Positions 47,524 to 58,951 of a stretch of DNA of 64,000 bases are shown piece after piece (the first letter of the stretch is position 1; every line of letters begins with the position of its first letter). The position numbers were made by a program, and so were the translations under genes. Origin of the DNA: an uncultured Chloroflexia bacterium (GTDB taxonomy: Bacteria > Chloroflexota > Limnocylindria > QHBO01); the NCBI GenBank assembly GCA_963704115.1, contig CAVPGY010000001.1:331062-395061 (forward strand), given 5' to 3'. The notes under the pieces were generated by a model. That model was not told the DNA's origin. It ran no database searches and was given only the letters and a program-made list of their open reading frames with translations.

Positions 47524-48060
47524 CTAGACGGCGGTCAGTCGCGCCCGCAGCCGCTCCAGGCGGTTGCGCACGCTGGCGTCGTAGAGCTGATCGCCGATGC
47601 GGACGGTGATCCCGCCGATCAGCGACTCGTCGACCACCTCGTTGATCTCGATCGTCGAGCCGGTGAGCTCGTGGAGCCGGTCGGTGACCGCGCTCCGCTG
47701 GTTCTCCTCGAGCGGCAGCGCCGTGCGGACCTCCGCCAGCGCGATGCCGCGCTCACGGCGCACGAGCTCGCGGAAGTGCTCGACCATGCGGCCGACCGCG
47801 CCCGGGCGCCCGCGACGGATCATCAGCAGCACGAGGCTGAGCGGCTCGGCCCCCACGTCGCCGACGACGCGCCGCAGCACGCGCTCCTTGTCGGAGAACG
47901 CGACCGCCGGATGCTCGAGGAGCGCGCGCAGGTCCGTGTCGGCCAGCGCCTCTTCGAGGCGGGCGAGGTCCTGCTCCCACGCGTCGAGCGTGCCGTCGTC
48001 ACGGCCGAGCCCGAAGGCGGCCTCGGCGTAGCGTCGTGCGGCGGTCTCGCGTCGTGCCAT
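47524..48060 (-). CDS. atpH: ATP synthase delta (OSCP) subunit
   Basis: RRYAEAAF...DESLIGGITVRIGDQLYDASVRNRLERL. Confidence 0.9.
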   Translation of the reverse strand: MARRETAARRYAEAAFGLGRDDGTLDAWEQDLARLEEALADTDLRALLEHPAVAFSDKERVLRRVVGDVGAEPLSLVLLMIRRGRPGAVGRMVEHFRELVRRERGIALAEVRTALPLEENQRSAVTDRLHELTGSTIEINEVVDESLIGGITVRIGDQLYDASVRNRLERLRARLTAV

Positions 48061-48063
48061 CGG

Positions 48064-48591
48064 TCAGTTCCGCCCCTGCTTCGTGCCGGCGCTTGCCGGC
48101 ACCTCGGCCAGGAACTCCTCGACGAGGCGTCGCTGGGCGGCGCCGTCCATCTCGGAACGGACCAGCTTGCCCGCCGCCTCCAGAGCGAGGTCGGCGACCT
48201 GGGCCCGGAGCTCCGCCATGGCCCGGTCCTTCTCGGCGACGATCTCCTCACGCGCCCGCGCCGTGACCCGCTCGGCCTCGGTGCGCGCGTCGTTCAGGAT
48301 CTCGTTCCGGGTGTCCTCGGCGATCTTGTTCGCGCGGGCAAGCATCTCCGCCGACTCCTTGCGCGCCTCGGCAACGGCCGCCTCGCGCTCGGCGCGGGCG
48401 AGCTCGCGGTCACGCGCCGCGGCCTCGGCGTCCTCCAGCCCCTTCTCGATCTTCGAGCTCCGCTCGTCCATGCGCGCGAGGAGCGGCTTGAACAGGAAGC
48501 GGTTGAGAAGGTAGAGGAGCAGCAGGAAGTTGACGACCTGGAAGAACAGGCCGACGACATTGACGTCGAACGCCTCGATGAGGGCTTCCAC
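48064..48591 (-). CDS. atpF: ATP synthase F0 b subunit
   Basis: N-terminal TM (VVGLFFQVVNFLLLLYLL), FLFKPLLARMDERSSKI, and a long charged helix. Confidence 0.9.
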   Translation of the reverse strand: MEALIEAFDVNVVGLFFQVVNFLLLLYLLNRFLFKPLLARMDERSSKIEKGLEDAEAAARDRELARAEREAAVAEARKESAEMLARANKIAEDTRNEILNDARTEAERVTARAREEIVAEKDRAMAELRAQVADLALEAAGKLVRSEMDGAAQRRLVEEFLAEVPASAGTKQGRN

Positions 48592-48602
48592 CTACCGGCG
48601 TC

Positions 48603-49722
<1,120 letters not shown>

Positions 49723-49741
49723 GCGGGATCCTCTTCGTGTG

Positions 49742-49993
49742 CTAGCGCGAGTTCATCTGGTGTCGGGCCACGTCCCAGATGGAGTACATAGCAGCGCCGA
49801 TGCCAACCGCCACTCCGAGCAGGGTGAACAGTGGCGCGGTGTTCGCCCAGCCGTCCAGCAGGACGCCGCCGACGACGCCGATGACCACCGCCAGACCGAG
49901 TCGCAATCCCAGGTCGAGCACCATGCCCCATTGCGGGGGCCGCGCGACCGGGCCGGGACGCGGCTCAGGTCCGTTCGGTTGTCGATTGCTCAT
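49742..49993 (-). CDS. AtpZ/AtpI-like small membrane protein
   Basis: 83 aa with two TMs. The pattern GVVGGVLLDGWANTAPLFTLLGVAVGIGAAMY is typical of the ATPase_gene1 family. It lies directly upstream of atpB. Confidence 0.7.
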   Translation of the reverse strand: MSNRQPNGPEPRPGPVARPPQWGMVLDLGLRLGLAVVIGVVGGVLLDGWANTAPLFTLLGVAVGIGAAMYSIWDVARHQMNSR

Positions 49994-50249
49994 GTTGCTC
50001 CGCTCCGGGACCGACCACAGGCTCCTCGCCGCGCAGTCGGGTCACGTTGGTCGTGATGAACCAGCGCAGCCAGAGAGCGGTGACGAGGGTGCCGATCACG
50101 AGTCCACTCAACACGAAGAGGGGCGAGGTCCCCAGCGACCCGTCGGCGACGAGTCCGGCGATCACCCCTCCCACCAGCGGCAGGGCCACGATGAGCGTCA
50201 CCTGGGCCAGCACTCTGCCAGGCCCGAAGCTCTGCCGTTGTTGTGTCAT
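49965..50249 (-). CDS. Second AtpZ-like small membrane protein
   Basis: ATG at 50249 (MTQQRQSF). LVGGVIAGLVADGSLGTSPLFVLSGLVIGTLV parallels the downstream paralog, which it overlaps by 29 nt. Confidence 0.55.
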   Translation of the reverse strand: MTQQRQSFGPGRVLAQVTLIVALPLVGGVIAGLVADGSLGTSPLFVLSGLVIGTLVTALWLRWFITTNVTRLRGEEPVVGPGAEQHEQSTTERT

Positions 50250-50763
50250 ACGTTGAGTTCGACTCACAGCGGTCGGACGTCGGGAGTATAGCCGAGGCTC
50301 CTCGATCCTGCCCATGGGCGGGTTGCGAACCGGTTGCGGCATCTGATTGGGCGCGAGCTCCGAAACCGGTTGAGTTGCTCCCGTGGTCCCTTGACGCGGC
50401 GAGCCTTCGGGTGGACGATCGGGCTGGAGCGCACGATGTCGGGGAGGGGCAATGGCACAACCGTGCATCTGCATGCGGCCGTGATACGGCTGCCGGAACG
50501 CGACAGTTCAGCGACCGACGGGTGACCCGTAGCGAAAGCGCCACGCTCTACCTGTGCGGGGACTGCAACGAGCGCGCAGTCAGCCACTATGGTCGCCGCC
50601 TGACCGACGAGGACATCACGAAGATGTCAGCGCTGCCGAACTCGGCCGCTGCCGCGTTCGGCAGCCGGGTGCACCGGTGAGCGGCGACACTGCGACGGGT
50701 CGTCCTAGCCACCGATCTCGTTGGGTGAGCCGAGCGGACGAGCGGGCGGGCGGCCTGGCCTGA

Positions 50764-52045
50764 TCAGGCGGGGACGTCGGCCCGGGAGCGCGTGGCCGGC
50801 AGGCCGGGGACCGGGAACCGATCGGTGATGGCGGCGACGCGCTCGCCGAATGCCGTCCTGCGCGGTGGCGTCCCCGCGGGCCGCGATCCCGTCCACGATC
50901 AGCTGCGCGATCGCGCGCATCTCGTCCTCCCGCATGCCCCGCGAGGTGATGGCCGGCGTGCCGACGCGGATGCCGGAGCCGATCATCGGCTTCTCGGGGT
51001 CGATAGGGAATCGTGTTCTTGTTCACGGTGATCTGGACCTCGCCCAGGGCCGCATCGGCCTCCTTGCCGTTCACGCCGAGTGGGCGAACGTCGACGAGCA
51101 TCAGGTGATTGTCCGTTCCGCCGGAGACGATCGAGGCGCCGGCATCGGCGAGGGCGGCGGCAAGGGTGCGTGCGTTGTCCACCGTGGCTCGCTGGTCGGC
51201 GCGGAAGTCCTCGCTCATCGCCTCGCCGAAGGCGACCGCCTTGGCGGCGATGATGTGCATCAGCGGACCACCCTGGATGCCGGGGAAGACGCTCTTGTCG
51301 ATGGCCTTCGCGTGCGCTTCACGGCACAGGATCATCCCGCCACGCGGCCCGCGCAGGGTCTTGTGGGTGGTGGTGGTCACGACGTCGGCGAACGGGATCG
51401 GCGACGGATGGACGTCGGCGGCCACCAGTCCGGCGAAGTGCGCCATGTCGCACATGAGCAGCGCCCCGACCTCGTCGGCGATCTCTCGGAAGGCGCGAAG
51501 TCCCAGAGGCGCGGATACGCGGTCGCGCCGGTGAGGATGAGCTTCGGCCGGCGCTCGCGGGCCAGCGCCCGGACCTCGTCCATGTCGATCCGGTGCGTCT
51601 CGCGGTCCACGTGGTACGGCACGAAGTCGTAGTACTGCCCGCTGAAGTTGACCGGCGATCCGTGGGTGAGGTGCCCGCCCTGGTCGAGCGAGAGCCCGAG
51701 AACCGTGTCACCGCGCTCGAGCAGCGCATGGAAGACCGCCATGTTCGCCTGGGCTCCGGCGTGGGGCTGGACGTTGGCGTGGTCCGCGCCGAACAGCTCC
51801 TTCGCCCGGTCGCGGGCGAGGTTCTCGGCGATGTCGACGACCTCGCATCCGCCGTAGTAGCGACGGCCGGGATAGCCCTCGGCATACTTGGCGGTGAGGA
51901 TCGAACCCATCGCCTCGAGCACGGCTCGCGAGGGGTAGTTCTCCGACGCGATCAGCTCGAGGTGTGCGGACGTCCGCGCCTCCTCGTCGTGAATGACCTT
52001 CGCGATCTCGGGATCGACCTGCTCCAGGGGAGCCCACGCATCCAT
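50764..52045 (-). pseudogene. glyA: Serine hydroxymethyltransferase, 3 frameshifts in this assembly
   Basis: [42 protein letters not shown]; then a shift near 51497; then [47 protein letters not shown]; then a shift near 50996; then [23 protein letters not shown]; then a shift near 50870; then [14 protein letters not shown]...* with the stop at 50764. Confidence 0.85.
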
Positions 52046-52110
52046 GCCGTGAAGTGTAGACGCGGCGCTCCATAATCGGCGCGAGACATCGTTCACGCGG
52101 AGGGTGCACC

Positions 52111-52602
52111 TTGGATCTCTATAGCGCCGTCGTCTTCGTCCACGCCACGACCATCCTGCTCTTCTTCGTCGCCCACGGAGCCTCGATGGCGGTGGCGTTC
52201 GCGCTCAAGCGCGAGTCCGACCCGGCGCGGGTCCGGGCCTTCCTCGACCTGTCCCGGTTCAGCCTCGGTGTCCCGGTTGTGGTCCTGCTGGTGATCGGGC
52301 TGCTGACCGGGATCCTGGCCGGATTCATGGGTGGCTACTGGGGAACCGCGTGGCTCTGGACCTCGCTCGTGCTGTTCCTCCTGGTCGGCGGGCTGATGAC
52401 GCCGCTGGCGACCTCCCGCCTCAAGCCGATTCGCGCGGCTGCGGGAATGCCCGCCGAGTCCGGGGCGCCCGAGGCGCCGCCCCCGGAGAACCCCGAGGAG
52501 CTGCGGCGCCTGATCGAGGCGTGGAACCCGCTCGTCCCGGCGTCGATGGGCCTGGTCGCCTTCATCGTGATCCTGTGGTTGATGCTGGCGAAGCCCTTCT
52601 GA
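52111..52602 (+). CDS. Four-TM integral membrane protein (DUF2269-like)
   Basis: 163-aa ORF: [23 protein letters not shown]..., four hydrophobic spans and a Pro/Glu-rich loop. Confidence 0.6.
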   Translation: MDLYSAVVFVHATTILLFFVAHGASMAVAFALKRESDPARVRAFLDLSRFSLGVPVVVLLVIGLLTGILAGFMGGYWGTAWLWTSLVLFLLVGGLMTPLATSRLKPIRAAAGMPAESGAPEAPPPENPEELRRLIEAWNPLVPASMGLVAFIVILWLMLAKPF

Positions 52603-52618
52603 GCAGGCCGGGCGCTCC

Positions 52619-53302
52619 CTAGCCTCGGCTCGGCAAGAGTCCGATCCGGGCCAGCAGCGCCGTCCCTGCCTCCCAGGCCAGGGGGTCGCGAAGTCGAAGC
52701 CGTTCCGCCTCGGCGCGGAGCAGCCGCGCATCCGGGCCGTAGGCCTCGCGCACCAGCTGGATCGCCAGGCGCGGGACCTCGTAGTGCAGGAACGCCGCGT
52801 AGCGGGTGACCGGCGCGGCGGCGTTGATCATCCGCTCGGCGCCCGGCTGGAAGTCGATGGGGACCAGGAGTCGCCCGAGGAAGGCGGCGAGCGCGGCGGC
52901 GATGCTGTCGTATCGCTGGCTGTGCCCGCCGCGGCGGAGGATCGGGCCACGCGATCGGAAGGTGACGACCACGGTGCCGGTGGAATCGCGCTCGGCGGCC
53001 AGCGAGCCACCGAGTGACACGAAGGTGTTGGCGATGCCGAAGCGGTCGACGAGCTCGACCGGACCCCAGGAGAACCCGGCATGTCGCGGCATGGTGGACG
53101 CGTGCGTCAGCTCGGCACGACGCCCGCTGCCGTCCTCGCCGGTCCGCCAGTAGCGGATCAGCTCCGGATCGAAGTGCCGCTCGGTGGGAGCCGACCGCAG
53201 CGCCACCACGAGCAGCGCATCGCGTTCGACCGTCGGGATGTCGCGGCTGACGAGGAATCCCAGGTCGGCGACGAGTGCCCCGGGATCGAGAATGATGGTC
53301 AC
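52619..53302 (-). CDS. Hypothetical protein (227 aa)
   Basis: Balanced composition (MTIILDPGALVADLGFLVSRDIPTVERDALLVV...) and G/C-rich third positions. No recognised motif. Confidence 0.5.
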   Translation of the reverse strand: MTIILDPGALVADLGFLVSRDIPTVERDALLVVALRSAPTERHFDPELIRYWRTGEDGSGRRAELTHASTMPRHAGFSWGPVELVDRFGIANTFVSLGGSLAAERDSTGTVVVTFRSRGPILRRGGHSQRYDSIAAALAAFLGRLLVPIDFQPGAERMINAAAPVTRYAAFLHYEVPRLAIQLVREAYGPDARLLRAEAERLRLRDPLAWEAGTALLARIGLLPSRG

Positions 53303-53343
53303 GGGGCCACTGTCCGCGCAGCCTCGCAGGAGCGGGTAGGGCC

Positions 53344-53730
53344 CTACGGCCCATTCCGGGCGGGCGCCTCGGCAGCATCGAGATCGACCGGGTCGCCGTC
53401 GCGGATGGCCTCCAGCCGCGCCGTGGGCAGCACCAGCACCGGCACCCGGACGCCATACAGCTCCTCCGCCACCGCCGCCCCGATGGAGAGGATGAGGTCC
53501 GGCTCACCGAGGAGAATCGCTGCCGGGGCCGTCCCCGCCCGTACCGCCTCCGCCAGGACCGATGCGGACGATGACGATCCTCGTCCCGAGCGCATCACCA
53601 CCACCCGTCCGGCGAGGTTGACGCCGCGCTGCGGGTGATGGGCATCGATCACCGCGCCGGTGGCTGGATCCATGCCGCCCCACAGGCTCAACGGCTCGCG
53701 AAGCACCAGCGCGCGGGGCGCGTCCGTCAT
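53344..53730 (-). CDS. Aconitase X swivel-domain small subunit (DUF126)
   Basis: ATG at 53730. LSLWGGMDPATGAVIDAHHPQRGVNLAGRVVVMRSGRGSSSSASVLAEAVRAGTAPAAILL. It overlaps the upstream gene's stop by 4 nt. Confidence 0.75.
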   Translation of the reverse strand: MTDAPRALVLREPLSLWGGMDPATGAVIDAHHPQRGVNLAGRVVVMRSGRGSSSSASVLAEAVRAGTAPAAILLGEPDLILSIGAAVAEELYGVRVPVLVLPTARLEAIRDGDPVDLDAAEAPARNGP

Positions 53731-55000
53731 GCGGCCCCGCCCCAGATGACGTCGTCGCGGATCACGTGCCCGGCGACCGCGCTCCGCACGCACTCGCCGG
53801 TCGAGCCGAACACCACCCGCGCGCCGACGTTGCCCGGTCCGTACCAGGCCCACTTGCCGGAGTCGGTCATCGTCGCGCCATCCGTGCGGCGCAGGATCGG
53901 CACGAGGTAGCTGCACGTGTCGACGAGCAGCTCCACGCCCGCCTCCTGGAGGCGGGTGGTGACCCCACGACGCGCCGCCTCGGCCATCGTGTCGCGGGCG
54001 GTTGACACCACCATCTCGACGCCTTCGTGCACGCGTCGGTCCCCGAGCATGACGGCGATGCGCTCGAGCTCGTCGAGTGACGCGTGGGGCGTTCCCAGCG
54101 AGACGGCCGTCAGCCGCTCCCCCGCGGCACTCGTCAGGCGGTTGCGCGCATCCCGCAGGTCGGCGAGCGTGATGATCTCCACCGCATCGGGAGATCGCTG
54201 CTGGAGCGCCGCATCGAGGGAGGTGGCCTCGGGCGTCGAGCCGACGACGTGGAACATCGCCACCGATCCCGACGACGCCGCGGCGGCGCCGAGAGCCTTG
54301 AGCCGATCCTCCGACTGCCGGGGCGGCAGCCCGTCGATGACCGCCACCGCCGACCCGGCCCGCCGCCCGAGCACGATCCCGAGGACGGGAACAGGACGTC
54401 GGCGTCGCGCAGGGTGGCCGGGACATCGGCGGCAAGGCGCAGGACGAGCGTCGCGCGGCGAGCCTCGGTCCGGTGGAGGCCGGCGTACGGGACGCGCCCG
54501 GTGATCGCCGCGGCGACGTCGATGAAGTCGCCGTAGCGGTTCGTTCGCGCACCCAGCACCGAGTTGCAGAAGGCGATCGCGTTCGACTCGCCCCAGGCGA
54601 CCTGCTCGCCCGAACGCCGGGCGCGCGTCGGCCAGCTGGTACGGGGCGCAGGTGAACGTCGGGCGCGCGCCGAGCGAGCGGTATCGCTCCATCAGCAGCC
54701 GGCCACGGTCGGCGATCCGCCGATCCCCGCGGAACAGCTCCGGATGGAGCAGGTCGAGCGCGCCGACGTTGAGGGTGGTCGGGACGGGACGCGTGCGCCG
54801 CCGTCGACGAGCCGCTCACGAAGTCGAGCGTCGCCTCCCCGTGGTAGAGGCAGGAGTCGACGTGCGCACGGGTGACGTCGATCAGCCGATCGGCGCCGGT
54901 CGACCTCCGCGGCGCGGACGACGAGGCGCATGGCGAATGCCGCTCCGTCGCCGTTCCGGCCCGTCGAGGAGCGCGCGGTCACGCGCCGCCCAGGGAGAGG
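53727..55000 (-). pseudogene. Aconitase X catalytic large subunit (DUF521), about 6-7 frameshifts in this assembly; 5' end approximate
   Basis: Sensible sequence hops frames through these segments in order: RALLDG; NGDGAAFAMRLVVRAAEV; ADRLIDVTRAHVDSCLYHGEATLDFV; ERLVDGGARVP; VPTTLNVGALDLLHPELF...FTCAPYQLADARPAFG; EQVAWGESNAIAFCNSVLGARTNRYGDFIDVAAAITGRVPYAGLH; VLGIVLG...MTDSGKWAWYGPGN...*. Confidence 0.7.
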
Positions 55001-55001
55001 G

Positions 55002-55454
55002 TCAGGCCCGCGCCTCCTCGGCCTCGATCCGCGCGATCTTCTCGACGCGCGCCACGTGGCGCCCACCGCTGAACTCGCCATCGAGGAAGGCACGGACGCA
55101 GGCCCTGGCGATCTCGGTGCCGATGATCCGCGCGCCCATCGAGAGCACGTTCGCGTCGTTGTGCTCGCGTCCCAAGCGTGCGGTGACCGGGTCGGCCGCC
55201 TCCACGCAGCGGATGCCGCGGATCTTGTTGGCGACGATCGCCTCGCCGGTCCCGCTCCCGCCCAGCACGATGCCGCGCTCGAAATCGCCCTTTGCCACCG
55301 CCCTCGCGACCGGCGCGATGTAGTCGGGATAGTCGACCGCGTCGGTCCCGAACGTCCCGAAGTCCCGGTACTCGATGCGCAGCTCGTCGAGCAACGAGCA
55401 CAGCTCGCCCTTGAGGTGGAAACCGGCATGGTCCGAGCCGATGGCGACACGCAT
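55002..55454 (-). CDS. rpiB: Ribose-5-phosphate isomerase B
   Basis: ATG at 55454. MRVAIGSDHAGFHLKGEL..GIVLGGSGTGEAIVANKIRGIRC..HNDANVLSMGARI. Confidence 0.92.
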   Translation of the reverse strand: MRVAIGSDHAGFHLKGELCSLLDELRIEYRDFGTFGTDAVDYPDYIAPVARAVAKGDFERGIVLGGSGTGEAIVANKIRGIRCVEAADPVTARLGREHNDANVLSMGARIIGTEIARACVRAFLDGEFSGGRHVARVEKIARIEAEEARA

Positions 55455-55507
55455 GACTGCGAGTGTAGTGCGGTGCGGGCACTCGATGGCGCCCGCACCG
55501 GATCGGG

Positions 55508-56191
55508 CTAGGCGCTCTGGAGCATGCCCTTGAGCCGATCGAGCGCCTCGCGCCACCGTGCCTTCATCGAGGCCGCGGTGTCGGCGTCCGGCAGCCGCTC
55601 GTGGGTGACGGTGACCGTGGTGCGGCCGTCGCCCTTCGGCGCAAGGTCGACCCAGACCTTCGAGGCCGGATCGGTCCAGTCGAAGCGACCGCGCTTGCCG
55701 GTGTACCCGGCCCGGGGCTCGATGGGTGCGTCGGGGAGCCAGCTGCGGCGGCGATCGGGGTCGCGGAAGGCGGCGGTGACCGCATCGGGCGTCCCCGCGA
55801 CCGTCCGTGTGACGCTGACCGAGAACCCGGCCGCGGTCTGGTGGGTGACCCGCCGTCCGCGGGCCCGCTCGTAGGCCACGGTGATCGTCTGCGACCACCA
55901 GGCGTCGACCCCGTGCTCGCCCGCGAGCCAGCGAGCGATCTCGGGGTGGCTGCGCGAACCGGCGCCCCATGCATCGAGGAGATCGAACCAGTCGCCGAGC
56001 GGACGGCCCGAGCGATCGAGCATCGCCTCCTCGCTGACGCCCGCCAGGAGCCTGGTGTCGACGATGGTCGGGGCGTGATTGCCGGAGGCATCGGCCTTGC
56101 GGATGAGCTGCGCGCGGGCCGCCGTGTACGACTCGCCGGTGCGCGCGGCGCGCGCGCGGACGCGCTGCTTGAAGGTCTTCTGGGTGGTCAT
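55508..56191 (-). CDS. DUF4287-like N-terminal domain fused to SRPBCC/AHSA1-like domain protein
   Basis: ATG at 56191 (MTTQKTFKQRV...). EIARWLAGEHGVDAWWSQTITVAYERARG is followed by a START/SRPBCC-like C-terminus (FSVSVTRTVAGTPDAV..VTVTHERLPD). Confidence 0.6.
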   Translation of the reverse strand: MTTQKTFKQRVRARAARTGESYTAARAQLIRKADASGNHAPTIVDTRLLAGVSEEAMLDRSGRPLGDWFDLLDAWGAGSRSHPEIARWLAGEHGVDAWWSQTITVAYERARGRRVTHQTAAGFSVSVTRTVAGTPDAVTAAFRDPDRRRSWLPDAPIEPRAGYTGKRGRFDWTDPASKVWVDLAPKGDGRTTVTVTHERLPDADTAASMKARWREALDRLKGMLQSA

Positions 56192-56388
56192 CGTTCTGTC
56201 CGTCCCTTCGGTCGACGCGGCACGCTTGGCCTCACGCTCCGAAGCGTCCCGCGCACGAAGGCGGAACGATGCCGGCCCGAGGAAGCGGGTTCCCCTTTGC
56301 CTCGCGAGGCCGGCGGCGTGAGCACCGGAATCGAGGTTCGGCGCGGGCGGCGCCACCGTCACGATACGCCGCCGGTCAAGCCGCGCGA

Positions 56389-56991
56389 TCAGGCGACAGG
56401 AGCCACACGGGCGAGTTCGTCGTGACCGATCGGACCGGGACGGAGAATCCGCATCGGCGTGACCGAGACGTCCACGACGGTGGAGGCCACCCCACCCGGA
56501 ACCGGGCCGCCGTCCACGACCGCCGCGAGCTCGTCCTGCTGCGTCGCGAACGCGATCAGCACCTCGTCGGCACCGAGCGTGTCGGGCTGATCCGAGATAT
56601 TCGCGCTGGTGGCGTAGATCGGTCCCGCGGCGCGGATGAGCTCCAGCGCAACCGGATGATCAGGAGCGCGGTACGCCTGCGTGCCGCCGTCCCCGGTGGG
56701 GAGGACCAGCGTCAGGGCGCCGGGCCAGAACTGCGCCGCGAGGCGGCGCGCGCGGTCATCGGCGACCGCGCTGGCCGTGACGGCCTGCTCGAGGTCGGCG
56801 ACGAGCATCGGGATCCTCCGATCGACCGGTCGTCGCTTCAGCTCGAACAGCGCATCGAGACGATCCCGCCGCGAGCCGGCAACGCCGACGCCGTAGACCG
56901 TGTCGGTCGGGAAGGCGAGAACTCCGCCATCGACGAGGAGCTCGACGGCGCGCGCGATGCCTTCCGGGGTCGGCGGCAGGACATCGGTCAT
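56389..56991 (-). CDS. tsaC: L-threonylcarbamoyladenylate synthase (YrdC/TsaC type)
   Basis: ATG at 56991. GGVLAFPTDTVYGVGV..FELKRRP..PMLVAD..WPGALTLVL..IYATSANIS..VASTVVDV. Confidence 0.88.
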   Translation of the reverse strand: MTDVLPPTPEGIARAVELLVDGGVLAFPTDTVYGVGVAGSRRDRLDALFELKRRPVDRRIPMLVADLEQAVTASAVADDRARRLAAQFWPGALTLVLPTGDGGTQAYRAPDHPVALELIRAAGPIYATSANISDQPDTLGADEVLIAFATQQDELAAVVDGGPVPGGVASTVVDVSVTPMRILRPGPIGHDELARVAPVA

Positions 56992-56995
56992 GGAA

Positions 56996-57883
56996 TCAGT
57001 CTGCCATCTCGATCCGCACGACACGGTCGAGTCCCGCCAGGTCCGGCACCACGGAGACCGATGCGCCCGACGGCGCCAGGGCGCGCACGGCGGCGACCTG
57101 GTCGACGCCGAGCTCCAGCAGGACGGTCGCCGACGCCGCCGCCCGGGACGGCAGGCTGGCCAGCAGCGAGCGCAGCAGGTCGAGGCCATCGGCGCCGCCG
57201 TCGAGCGCGATCCGTGGCTCGAAGCCGAGCGAGCCCTGGCGGGCGTCGACCTCGTCGCTCGCCACGTACGGCAGGTTCGCCACCACGACGTCGGGCTTCG
57301 GGATCACCGCCCCCGCCGGCTCGAGGAGGTCGGCGCTGATGACCTCGACGAGCTCCGCGACTCCGTGCGCCGCGAGGTTCTCGGCGGCCAGGGCCAGGGC
57401 GTCCTCCGAGATGTCCGAGGAGACCAGATCGCACGCGGCCGGCGCGGATCTCGGACGCGAACCGCGAGGGCGAGCGCCACGGCCACCGCGCCCGAGCCGG
57501 TCGCCACCTCCCAGGCGACGAGCGCTCCTGTGCCGCGTGCCAGCCGAGCCTCGATCTCAGCGATTGCCGCCTCGAGCAGCAGCTCCGTCTCCGGTCGAGG
57601 GATCAGTGCCCGCGGATCGGTCACGATGCGGAGCGATCGCCATTCCTTGAATCCGCGGAGGTAGGCGACGGGCTCCCCGGCGACGCGCCGGTCGATCAGC
57701 GCCCGGTAGGCATCGGGCTCCGTGATCGGCGCCTCCGGATGCGCCAGCAACCAGGATCGATCCCGGCCCAGCAGGTGTGCCAGCAGGACCTCCGCGTCGA
57801 GCCTCGGCGTCGGCGAGCCGGCCTCGCCGCAGGCGGTCGGCCGCCCATGCGAGCGCCGTCCCGATCGTCTCAGGCGGGGCCAT
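56996..57883 (-). pseudogene. prmC: Release-factor glutamine methyltransferase PrmC/HemK, 2 frameshifts in this assembly
   Basis: [20 protein letters not shown]; then a shift near 57822; then AGSPTPRLDAEVLLAHLLGRDRSWLL..AYLRGFKEWRSLRI..ALIPRPETELL..EVATGSGAVAVALA; then a shift near 57450; then DLVSSDISEDALALAAENL..VVANLPYV (NPPY-like). Confidence 0.8.
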
Positions 57884-58951
57884 CGTCGCCGAGCTCGCCG
57901 AGGCGACGCGCCTGATCGGCTTCGGCCAGCGGCTCGATCACCCGGTCGAGGTCACCCTCGAGCAGGCCGGGGAGGCTATGGACGGTGAGCCCGATGCGAT
58001 GGTCGGTGACCCGGTCGTCGGGGAAGTTGTAGGTGCGGATCTTCTCCGAGCGCTCGCCGGTCCCGACCTGCGAGCGGCGCTCCTCGCCGCGCTCGGCGGC
58101 CTGGCGATCCTGCTCCGCCTCGAGCAGCCGTGCACGCGAGCACCGACATCGCCTTCGCCCGGTTCTTGTGCTGTGACTTCTCGTCCTGGATGGCCACGAC
58201 CAGGCCGGTCGGCAGGTGCGTGATGCGCACCGCCGAGTCGGTCGTGTTGACCGACTGGCCGCCCGGGCCGCTCGACCGATAGACGTCGACGCGCAGGTCC
58301 TTCTCGTCGATCTGGACCTCGACCTCGTCGGCCTCGGGGAGGACCGAGACCGTGGCGGTGGAGGTGTGGATGCGCCCCTGCGCCTCGGTCGACGGGCACG
58401 CGCTGGACGCGGTGCACGCCGGACTCGAACTTGAGGCGCGAATAGGCACCGTCGCCGCGGACCTCGGCGATGACCTCCTTGTAGCCGCCGGCCTCGGTGT
58501 CGGACGCGGTCATCACCTCCAGCTTCCAGCGACGCCGCTCGGCATAGCGGGCATACATCCGGAACAGGTCGGCGGCGAACAGCGACGCCTCCTCGCCCCC
58601 GGTGCCGGCACGGATCTCGAGGATCACGTTGCGGTCGTCGTTCGGATCGCGCGGCACGAGCAGCGCACGGAGGGACGCCTGGAGCTGGGCGGAGCGGACC
58701 TCGAGGCGCGCGAGCTCGTCGCGGGCCATCGATCGGATCTCCTCGTCGGGATCGTCGGCCATGCCTCGCGTGGCGTCGAGCTCCTCGCGGATCGAGCGCC
58801 ACTCGCGCAGACCGGTGACGATCGGGTCGAGGCGGGCGAGCTCGCGACCGAGGTCGGCGAGACGGCCGGGATCCTCGGCGGCCTCCGGAGTGGACAGCTC
58901 GCGGCTGACCTCCTCGTAGCGCGCCTCCAGCTCGGCGAGCCGGTCGATCAT
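57870..58951 (-). pseudogene. prfA: Peptide chain release factor 1, 2 frameshifts in this assembly
   Basis: [15 protein letters not shown]...[30 protein letters not shown]; then a shift near 58390; then [49 protein letters not shown]; then a shift near 58139; then [27 protein letters not shown]...*. Confidence 0.88.

Noticed and set aside
57870-58951. Programmed frameshifting in prfA by analogy with prfB
   Set aside because: RF1 genes are not known to use programmed frameshifting. There are two separate shifts without a slippery UGA context. Neighbouring genes show the same kind of breaks.
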